DNA from: Camelus dromedarius
Taxonomy: Eukaryota
Direction of reading: 5' to 3'
Assembly: GCF_036321535.1 (NCBI RefSeq)
Contig: NC_087436.1
Coordinates: forward strand, 9,858,001-9,922,000
Length of the DNA: 64,000 bases
This document shows, piece by piece, positions 53,401-64,000 of the stretch (within the stretch, counting starts at the first letter, position 1; each line of letters begins with the position of its first letter). The notes under the pieces were generated by a model, which saw nothing but the letters and a program-made list of their open reading frames with translations, made no database searches and was not told the origin of the DNA. Position numbers and translations under genes: made by a program.

Positions 53401-54757
53401 CCCCTTGATGGACACTAACACTTTGCTCACCACCTGTCCAGTGACAGCCAGCTAGTCTGGGACCCCAACGAGCCCCACCAATACCCCAGATCAGCAGGAA
53501 GTAGCTAGAGCAGTCATTGCCCTCTATGTCCCAAAGATTTGGGGTCCTGTGACTAGAGGGGAGAATGTTAGGTAGTTTAGGTAGAAATGAGCACTGGGCA
53601 GGGGGAGAGGAAGGGAAAGGAACAACCCAGAACTCAAGGAACCTGACCTGTCAATTAACCAGAGCACAAGGATCCTGAGCTGTCAATCAGTTAGTCAATC
53701 AATCATGAAACCAGGATATAAAAACAGGAAAAACAAAGGAATGGCACCATGTCTCTTGGTTTGGCCAACTCCCAATTGGAAGTGTATTATTTTTCACTAT
53801 TCTTTTTTACTTCACTAATAAAAATCCTATTTATATCATGTTTTTTGTCTCTCATCAAAAAATATTTTTTTTCTGGTGACTAAGAACTGAGGTAAATCTT
53901 ATTTTCCTTTCCCCAGTAACACCCTCAGGCTGCAGAGGCCAGGATGCAGGCTTGTCTTCCCTGTGGGGGTGGTGGCAACGGCTGATGACTTGATGGCTTC
54001 AGCATTCTTTGTTTACTGATAACGGTTTGCAGTATTTTTCATTCATAGGATCCTAGTGGAGGCTCTGAGTAGAGGTATAGGAATTGATGGAACTGAGGTA
54101 AAAGCTTGTAGGACAATTAATCAGTTTGAATGACATTTATGTAAAGTGGCCACTTCTCTTTTGCCTGATTGTATTCCTGGGATGGACACTGTGTCTCACT
54201 GGGCAATGCTTCCCTGTCTGGTTTTATAAGACAGGGCATGTGAATCCACCTTTCCAGCAATGTTAATTGAATATGCCAAAGGAAACCAGTAGGATGGCCT
54301 GGGTCCACACAGTGTGAGGCGGAAACTGGAAAGCGATGATCAAAGGCTAACAGGAGCACCTCTCATTGTCTTGCAAATCTCTACAAAATCAGAAATGTAA
54401 ACACAGCTCACAATCACCTGAGACTAAGCTCAATTAATTCAATCTGTAGACTCTGAATTCAAAGGTCAAAAAAAGAAAGGAGCCCTTTTTAAACACAAAC
54501 TACGGAAAGAGCTCTCTTGCCCAAACTCTAAATCACAGCCTCCTTAAAAATTATTTATCAAGAGCAAATATAGATCTGAAAAATCTTCTCCATGAATAAT
54601 AAAAGACTTTAGCCATATGAGCAAGTAAACTTAATTTATTTCAACTGTTCCTTAGAAACTAGTGAGTTGTATTATACCTCATTCATGACTAAAGTTTTAA
54701 AATTAGAACTATAAGATCTCTGTGCCTATTTTTATGTATATATATATGTATATATAT

Positions 54758-54790
<33 letters not shown>

Positions 54791-57700
54791 CACACTTTAT
54801 AGATACGGTATTTTTCTACCTCTGGATAGCATTGCCAAAATTAACTTAGAAAAAGAGCTCTGTTTAATTGACTAAAACAAACAGGAGCTTACATTAAAAT
54901 CTTCAAAAATACAATATAAATGAACCCAAATGTTTTTTCAAGTTTATATGATCTAGGATCAATCTTTAGGAAATAAAACAGATTTAAAGTTTTGGGTTTA
55001 ATTAAAATATATATGTCTTTAGAGTTATCAGCACTAAATGTAAAACCTTTATTCTACCTAGGTTTACCAAAGATCAAGTAAGTTTATATTATTTCTGTTA
55101 CAAAGCTTATCAGCAAGAGAAATAGCTTGAGGTGATGGCTGACTTTGTCTAATGTATCACGAAGTTTACAAGGACAATCTGAACATAATTGTTGGGAGTA
55201 AGTGATTTAGACAAGTGTAAGTGGGATAAGACTTAAAAATAGCTCCCAAAATCTTTCTGTAACTTAAAACTTTAGAATTTTGCTAAGTTAAGTTAAATGA
55301 TGGGAATTCAGTAAATGTCTAGATTATTTCAAAATAAGATAAAATATTGAAACATTACTTGCTGAACAAGTCTAAGTTTATCTACTTTTGCCTTTTTGTT
55401 ACAAAAATACTAAAGATGTTTGATTCTATTAGTAAACATTTTTACAACATAAAATTTTTTTAAAATGCTATAAGAAAATGTATGTTTCTAGAAATCACGA
55501 AATAAGTTCACCAATCAAAAAAATACTGCTATAACAAACAGTTCATAATGGCTTATTTCTTAGTTTTTTTTCTTAGAAGTTAAGTTTTCTAACAGTTAAG
55601 AATTCTAATTAGTATATGTAATTAAGACTGCTAAAATTAATAAGGAAAACATTTTATACAGAAGAAATGTTTTAAGGTATAAGGAGTGGAAATGCATTTT
55701 GTTAAGGAAAAAAAGTAATTTCTCCTAAAAAGAGGTTAAAATGGGGGGGGAGGGAGGACAATGGACATAGGACAAAAGCTGAATGTAAAAAAAGAAAGTT
55801 ATAGAAGGTTTGTGGAAAAGGAACCCTGAGAAAAGATCTTAGAAAAGAGTTTTGTGTGTGATTAGAACTGGCTAAGATTAGAATGAACTTAACTAACTGA
55901 ATAATTTTTAATGTCAAAATTAAGCTGGTACAAAACTAGACTTTGGTTTTCTCTCTACTAAAGGGACAAAGTTTTCTTGGACTGTTGATCCGCTTTTGAA
56001 TAACAGATTGTAAGATTTCTTTTCCTTTTAAGTGATCTGTTGTAACTTTCTGTATTTGCCTTTGGGATCTTTTATCGTCAATTTGGTTAAGAGGATAACT
56101 TAAGTATTGTTTCACAGTGACTTATGATCCTATTTGACTATTTTAGAGCTTTCTGATCTATTTGATAAACTTCCCCAAATCAAATTCTATAAAGCCTTTT
56201 TGATGTTTAGCTAACTTTGGTATTTTTCAAAGGGTCCCTGAAATATCTCAGAGATACTAAAATTATTTGGCATATTAAATTACATGGGAAGCATTGTCAA
56301 ATAGTGATAATAGCCTTCTTAGTTTATATTGCATAGACGAATGTTATTAATATCAGTGCTGTAAAAATTATATGAAATTCCTAAAGAAATCTGGTATTAT
56401 TTATATTACCAACGTCTTGGTAAAATGTTATCAGTCGTAATTCTAGTTATTATCTTAAAATGTTATATGTCACAAAAATAAACAAATTTCCTTGTCAATT
56501 GCATTATAATCAGTTCTGTAACCATGTCTTTTGTTATTTATAGACAATTATTGTTTTATTCTGATGCTTTTACAAATATGCCTCATCTTCAAAAAAGATT
56601 CATAGAATGGACTTTTTAACAAATAGGGGCTCCTGAAAGCTTTTAGATCTTACAACTAAACTGAGTAAGAAATTACAGAACTCTAATGGAAATACAGATG
56701 GCTTCATAAATTTTGCTAACAAAAGATCAAGGTCAAGAAGAATTAATTACATGGGACCAAATGAACTGATGAATATGATTATAATTTTTATGACTTTTGT
56801 CTGAAATATTACTGCCTTTTTAATCTTTGCTTTTCAGATATAAGGAAATCTGTTCCTTACGCTAACTGTGATTTATAGCAATTGGCTAAATTAAACCTTC
56901 ATAAACAGAATTGAAACATCTTCATTCTCCTTACCTGATCCCTCCAGAATTTGGAACACACAGTGACTATTCTTTTCATGGCAATATGTTTATGTACGTG
57001 AGTTCACTGAGAATCTGTTCTCCTTGTAACAAGACCCAGCTGGAAACATTGATTATATTACCAAGGCATTGACCAGAATGTTACATTTGAGAGTGGCATG
57101 CATGGACTCAGATAAAATCAGACAGATTTAAGGAACTAAGACTGACTTTATGAAGCCATAAGTTCTCTTTGGAAAAACAACCCTGCTTACAGGGTTCCCA
57201 AGGCAAGCAGCCTTACCAGGTGAGGAAGGAAGGCCACTTCCTGGCAGGTGCAGGAACCTCAGGATATTTGGGAGACCTCAAGAAGAGAGGAATTCACCCA
57301 AATCTATAGGTATTACAGGTGATTCTGATGGCCATTCCTTGGCATAGCTTCCCGACCTTGAAATGCAATTAAAAATTCAATCCTGAGGTTGTGAAAAGTT
57401 CCAGCAAAACATATTTAAAAGAGTCTGTAGGGTCAATTCCTATTCTTGATGGATTTATGTAAAGAATTAGTTTAAGTTTAATAAAACTAAATTTATTTTG
57501 CAAACAAATTAGTCTTAATCTGGCTATCTTTTGTAGAAATATTGATGATATTAGAAAAAAAGTTCTTTCAGTAGAAACCATAATACACAGTTGTGAATAT
57601 TAAATTCTAGTTCTGTTAATCATCTTTGAAGTTTTGTTTTTCCCTGTGTAAACTTCACTGAATCCTGAATTCTTTTAGTTGACTATAATTCTTGACTATA

Positions 57701-60169
57701 ATACTCCAAACTAATGTATCCATTTTTCCCTCTTTTGTACTAAAAGTACCCCTTTTCTGAAGCCCTACAAATTAAGTTGAACAATGTGATATAACCGTAA
57801 GAGAGATGACCACCATAGCCTGTGTTAGGATGACAATCCTCTTGCCTGCTGCTGTGTGAGCCACTCAGAAGTTTACCTGAACACCCGATGACATTATCGA
57901 AGGCATTTCAAACTGCAAAAGATGGTTGGACCCCGACATCTAGAAATCTTACAAAATGGCTGCCCCCTGGGCTCAGAGGCTGGGTTATAATTTTCTCCAA
58001 TCACTAATCTTTGTTCTTCTTTTGTCTCTAGAAAGATACCCCTTATTAGATACCTGGTTTCTAGCACCATGTAGACCAAACTTTGAGAGCCCACCTGCTT
58101 CGCTGCCTCCCCAAATGAATTTAACTAGCATGACCTATTATCAGGACTTAGAGAATGGTTCAGTGAGATGGAACCAGCTACCAGCTCAGCTTCTGGATTG
58201 GGAGACTTCTTCAAGCAGTTTCAAAGGTAGGACTGATTAGAAGCATAATCTGTCACTCCAAAATGTGTCTCTTTGGCATAAGGATTAATCTAGGCTGGTT
58301 ATTTTTAAGAAACATAAGTCTTGGGAGGTTTTCATCTTGTCTCCCCCTTAGCTGCCTGGAAAAAATTATATAACAGGCCTGTTCCCAGAATACAGTGATC
58401 ACCAGAGATGTCTGCAAAGAACACGGTTAGTGTGGTGGGGGAACGGAACCTTGAGATCAGAGTCCACTGTGTGTCCCACTATCTCTGCCTGGCCCCACAA
58501 ACACGTGTTTACCGTACATTTGCTTTTCCATCTCCGTGCGAATTGCCTTCCTTGTCTTTGAAGTCTTGTATCACTAACCCCAACATCCATTTTTGTCTTT
58601 AGCTGAAGATGGTATTTAAGGGGAAGACTGCTGTCATTTTGGGGAGTTACTCAGTTTTTCTGGGTGTCTTACTTGTATACCTGTTATTAAATTTTGTTTG
58701 ATTTTCTCAGGTCAATCTCAATCTCAGACCAGCCAGAAAAACCTACATATATCCTGTTACTCAAAAATGATCAGGCTGTTTTTAAATCTTACAGGCAATA
58801 AACTCCTCAAGATGAGAGTCTGTGCCTGATTCTTCTGCATGTTCTCTCCAGCATGGTGACAGTGCATATAAATTCCTCCTTTTCTTTTTATCCCCACTCC
58901 ACACTGTGATTTGTTTTTGGTTTTAGGTAACAGCCTACCCTGCAGGGAACTCCATAACAGGACCTAAAGCACTTTATTCCCCCTTTTGCTGATGGTATAA
59001 TATTCTATTATATGTAATTTTTTCCAACCAATTTCCTCTAGAAGCATATTTAGGTTTTTCCCTTTAGCCATTACAATGTACATGTGGTCACCAAAAAAAG
59101 ATTTCATTATCTTTCCTTCGCTTATTAATAGCTAACTGCAGGTGAGCTCTTAGTATGATTTTGGCACCATGTGAGCTGCTTGAGACACATTATCTCATTC
59201 AATTCTCAAGCTAACACTATGAGGACAGTATTGGTTTTGTTCTTTTTTTCTACTTCAGAGATGATGCAAATAAGAAATTGACTAATTTCATACAATGAGA
59301 AAACGAGTATATGGAAAATTTGGAATCGAATTGCTTGTCTATATGTCTCCGACTCTCTCATAACAGAAAATAATTGCAAATTTACTTGGCATCTTGCATC
59401 TATGAAACATGCTAGGGAAATCACACAGAGGAAGTAGACACGGACCCTCAGCCTGGGTAGCTTATTGTCTGTAAGCGTTAGAAACAGCGTGATCATTTCT
59501 GAGTAACAGGAACTCAGTCAAGTATAGCTGATTTCAATAAATGTGACATGGTCAGCAACAAAGATGATCTGTATAAATCAAAATTACCGTTTAAAATTAT
59601 ATTCTCAAATTCAAGCTTTATAATTTAAAGAGTACCACACTTACAAAGAAGTAATTACAACATTTAATAAAACTCCCGATCTGCTTTTGATATCATCAGA
59701 ATAGGGTGTAAGCTTGAGAGCTAAATGTGAAAAACAAGCACTTTTTAGAGGTGAACTAGGAAACAGATCTAAATCACTGATTACTGTTAAAAATAAATAT
59801 TCCAACAGAGGAGAATTTGAAACAAATGTAAGACAGTAAATAGTTTGGGAAGAATTCTGAACACAGCTTTTCTGTTTCTAAGACAGAAGTTAAGCTTTAT
59901 TTAATTATTGGATTTTGGAAATTTCCATTTAATTTTTTTCACTGCCAATTTCCTTCAGGGATAAAGATTAGAAATATCAAAAATGACATGTCACAGACAT
60001 TGCTGCCAGCTGTTGGGGTTTGTGTGGGGATGGAAAATGTTATGAAGTAACTTGCTTTCAAATTTCCAACCCAGTTTGGAATGTTTAAAAAAAAAAAAAA
60101 AGACATTTGTAGTAAGAACAGAAATCATAGTTTGTAGAGAGACATTTACATGTGAGATGTAGTTTTAGC

Positions 60170-60270
60170 AATTAAATTACTCTTCTGCATTTCTAGCTGT
60201 GTTACCTTGGGCAAGTGACTTAGCGTCTCTGTGTTTCATAGCTGCAAAATGGGAATAGTGCTAATCAGTG
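60170..60270 (+). mobile_element. MIR SINE
   Basis: ctagctgtgttaccttgggcaagtgacttagcgtctctgtgtttc...gcaaaatgggaata. Confidence 0.7.
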
Positions 60271-61929
60271 CTCAAATGTTCATTTTTTCACTCAGTGATA
60301 AAGTTATCATGTTAATTTTATCAATATTTTAAAATAAATCATACAGTTAATATTTAAAATTACCCATTAATAATATCTGTTATATAGGCACTTGACAAAT
60401 GAATCTTAGTTTAGTTAGTGAGTGAACTGTTACTAGTTTTAATTAAAAGTCTCAGACTCTTTGCTTAGAGGAGCAAAATTTGAAAATAAATATTTAAAAA
60501 AATTTTTTTAACATACCTAGAATAGGAAGAAAGATAAGATATTTTCCCCTCATTGATATACTTTATTCTTACTCAGAATTAAATTATGTGTATATTTCAA
60601 TATAATTACTCTCAACCTTATTCTAAGATTGCAGAAATAAAAATTAAAAGCCAATTTAAAAAACATCAAACATATATTTTAAAATTCTGATAGGGCAGTT
60701 TATTTTATTATTCCATTTAGCTTAGCTTTTTAAGCCTAAACTCATAATTCAAAGGCCTCTGGGTGATTATATGACATTTTAAAAGTAGCTAATTAAATTA
60801 ATCAATGTGAGATAAGTAGGCTTGGATTAACTAGGCTGCTTTAAAAGAAAACACGTAAGACTATATTGTGCATCCCACATTGTAATTTTATGGCTGAAAT
60901 ATTTCATCAATCTGATTCATACAGGGAATTCTTAATGGACTCTAGGAAAAGGATGAGTTCACACTGCTGCCTGTGGCTGGATTATAACCATGTGCTGTGC
61001 AATTTAAAAGAGAAACAAGGAAACTAGAGCTTGCTGTCATTTGGTTACATATTTTTTTTCTTGTTCTGGCCACAGTTCTGTGAATACTGCAGTAACTCTG
61101 CTCAGATATATCACAGCATTATTTAATGACTATGGGCTGAATTCATCAGTATTAAGGGAGGAGACTGACAGAGATTCAAAACATTATCTATTTGGCATCA
61201 AGAGAAAACCGAAGGAACATCGGCATGGCGCCCGCTACTCCTTTCCAAGGACATTTTATCAAAAGATAGTTGGAGAACACACACCACCCACAGTTCCCAG
61301 GTGGCTAACAAATAAATAAATCATTATTGAATTGCAGAGTTTCATGATATTTGAAACAAACTGTCCGTGACTATTTTTCAAGTTTAGAAACAACATTCCT
61401 TAACATTAAAAAAAAAAAAAAAGACTTCAGTTATTTTCAAAGGATGAACGTAATCTAACATGAGATGGAGTAAAATCATCTTGATTGCTTTGTGCTGCTG
61501 CTGCTGTTTTTTGGCTCACTCTTGGCAAAGCAATTGATAGAGTGCCTGTATTCTACTTTACATAAGTTATGAAATTTAGTTAATGTACTTCTAACCTTAA
61601 CAGAATTGTGGTGCCAGTAATTAATAGGAATTTACTACATTTTTTTTTTTTTTTGCTGAAGTTAATACATTTCAGTCTCTTTACACATGTACTTGATCAT
61701 GATTCAACAAGCATGACTGATTTTGATACAACAGAATTAAGAGAATAAATTAAATTATTTTAAAATTACTTAGACATAGTTATATGGACCAGCAATGGTT
61801 GGAATAATCCACAATGGCTAAATTTATGGCAGCTCAAAAGTTTAGAAATATATGGTATTAAACAATAAAAATGTTCTTATATATATAAAAGTTGCTCTTT
61901 TTTTAGATCTGTTCTACATTTTACAATTC

Positions 61930-63560
61930 AGTTGTTCTTTCAAATAACAGATTTATTGCAGCATGTATCATAGCAGTATTTCTTTCCTTTTTTATCACCA
62001 AATGATTCCTTTATTGACAAATAATATTCCCAAGTATGTGTAGACCACATCTTGTTTATTTATATATTAGTTGATGGACATTTGGGTTGTTTCCACCATT
62101 TGGCTATTGTGAACTGTGCTGCTATGAACATGGTGTACACATTTTTGGGTGGCATATTTCACTGCTTTCTCAGCATATAATCTATTAGTAGATCTTGCTG
62201 GATCTTATGGTAAATCTATGTTTAACATTTTGAGGAAACTGTAAAGTACTTTTCAGAGTGGCCACACTATTTCGCATTTCTACCAGCATATGAGGGTACC
62301 ATTGGTCCACATTCCTGTCAACACTTATTGTTGTCTTTTTTATTTTAGTCATCCTAGGTGTGGTTTTGATTTGCATTTCCTTGATTAATAATGCTGAGCA
62401 TCTTAATTGTGAACTTATTAAACATTCATGTATCTTTTTTCAAAATGCCTATTCAAACCATTTGTCAATTTTTAAATTGGTTAATTTGTGGGGTTTTTTG
62501 GATTCTTTTTTTTTTTTGGAACTTTTTAAGGTTCATAGCAAAATGGAAGGGAATATACAGAGATATCCTATATAACCCGTGTCCCAACACATACATCATT
62601 TCCCCCATTATCAACATCCCCAACCAGAGTGGTACATTTGTTAAATTTGATAAACTTACACTGACACATTATAATCACCCAAAGTCCATAGTTTACATAA
62701 GGGTTCACTCTATGTTATGCATTCTGTGGGTGAAGACAAATGTTTAATGATGTGTTTATTATTACAGTATCATATAGAATATTTTCACTACTCTGAAAAT
62801 GACCTGTTCTCCACCTTCTCCACTCTTCTACTTGCCTAACCCAGCCCCTGGCAACCACTGGTCTTTTTACCGTCTCCATAGTTTTGCCTTTTCCAGAATG
62901 TCATATAATTGGAACCATACAGTATGTAGCATTTTGAGATTGGCTTCTTTCACTTAGTGATGTGCATTTAAGCACTGGATAATAGTCCATTGCCTGGATG
63001 AAGCACAGTTATTTAACCATTCAGCTACTGAAGGACACCTTAGTGACTTCCAAGTTTTGGCAATTATGATGAAAGCTGTTCTAAACATCTGAGTGCAGGT
63101 GTTTGTGTGGATCTAAGTTTTCAGTTATTTGTCTTTATTTTTGAGTTTTAGGTCTACTTTACATATTCTGGACACAAGTTCCTTTTCACTTTCTTGATGA
63201 TACCCTTTAAAACATTTTTGAACTTGATAAAGTCCAATTCATCTATATTGGTGGGTTTTTGTTTTTGGTTTTTTGGTTTTTTTGGTTCTTGCTTGTACTT
63301 TTGATGTTGTAACTAAGAAACCATCGTCTAATCTAAGGTCTCAAAAACTTACTCCTACGTTAAAGCTAAGATTTTCATAGCTTTAGCTCTTATATTTAGA
63401 TCTATGATCAGTTTTGAGGTAATTTTTATGTATGGTGTGAGGTAAGGGTCTACCTTATTTCCTTTGCATGTGGATAGACAGTACTCCCAGCACAATTTGT
63501 TGAAAAGATTCTTCTTCCTCTATTGAATATCTTGGCAGTCTTGTAAAAAAAAATTAATTG
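61930..63560 (-). mobile_element. Old L1M fragment with a nested L1MA 3' fragment (~62505-63125)
   Basis: gttgatggacatttgggttgtttcca...gttttgatttgcatttcc, interrupted by a poly-T-headed L1MA-like 3' UTR, then resuming in ORF2-like sequence. Confidence 0.75.
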
Positions 63561-64000
63561 ACAATAAATTTAAGGATGAATTTCAGGATGCTCAAATGTG
63601 AAATATAACATTAGACAGAAAATTAACACTTAAACAAAATTTTACACAAAAGTCTAATTTTTGGTTCAATACAATAAATCTTTGTTTAATTTCTAGTCAT
63701 TTCAGCAGTACAGTCATTAACAACAGACTCCCCAACATCAAATAATTTATTGCCTTGTAGGTAGAGACATACACAATTATAAATATAACATTAGACAGAA
63801 AATTACCACTTCTATAAATGAAGTACATAATGAGAAAGAAACAGAGTTACCACCATGGGGACTTAACAGGAATCTTGGAAAATGTGTTATTTGAGCAGAA
63901 CTTGATGAATAATAAAAATTTCCTAAATTAGATTTAGGAAAGAGGCAGACAAAAGAAGGTAACAGCATGATTAAAGAAAGTAGACTGTGCATAGGACCAA

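Larger units (their letters stand above)
50065..53921 (+). mobile_element. Deleted class I (gamma-like) provirus: LTR-PBS(His)-psi-deleted gag-pro-partial pol-env remnant-PPT-LTR
   Basis: LTRs 50065-50432 and 53566-53921 (TGTTAGG...GTAACA), TSD CCCT/CCCT, PPT AGAGGGGAGAA 53555-53565, TATAAAA in both LTRs, AATAAA 53817-53822. Confidence 0.95.
49707..54047 (-). mobile_element. Antisense solo LTR (49707-50064 plus 53926-54047) split by the inner provirus
   Basis: The minus strand reads T(A)TGAATGAAAAATACTG...AATAAAAC...CAGTCAACA, with AATAAA at ~49749-49754 (minus). TSD GGGT/GGAT. Confidence 0.75.
45802..58747 (+). mobile_element. Old degenerate ERV with MER34/MER39-like LTRs (~45802-46360 and 58234-~58747) and a long AT-rich internal region
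   Basis: Two collinear, diverged LTRs (aatgtgtct.ttt...aggattaat...agtccact.tgtgtccca...gatggtatttaagg...gagttactcagtttt.ctggg...gaccagccag). PBS-like site at 46364-46381. PPT-like AAAGGTAGGAC before the 3' LTR. Confidence 0.8.

Noticed and set aside
50065..53921. Domesticated (syncytin-like) env or an intact ERV ORF
   Set aside because: Only ~100 nt of env tail remains, and gag, pro and pol all carry stops, frameshifts or deletions.

Overview
Mammalian genomic DNA. The L1 3' ends look cetartiodactyl and possibly camelid, which is an inference from recalled sequence. The left ~12 kb holds the 5' end of NAF1 (H/ACA RNP assembly factor) on the minus strand: a CpG-island promoter, coding exon 1 (11608-11343) and exon 2 (8931-8766). 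I did not find exon 3 in the window. In the remaining ~52 kb upstream I found no host genes; it is dense in repeats: solo LTRs with 4-bp TSDs, L1 fragments, MIR/L2, MER5A and a Tigger2-type MITE. The most notable structure is a nested retroelement stack at ~45.8-58.75 kb. An old ERV with MER34-like LTRs, a tRNA-Ser-like PBS and class III-like gag/pro remnants was hit by an L1 and by an antisense solo LTR. That solo LTR was in turn hit by a deleted gamma-type provirus with a tRNA-His PBS, two zinc knuckles and four GA(C/T)G-loop hairpins. I see no intact novel protein-coding system. All family names come from recalled consensus sequences, not database searches.
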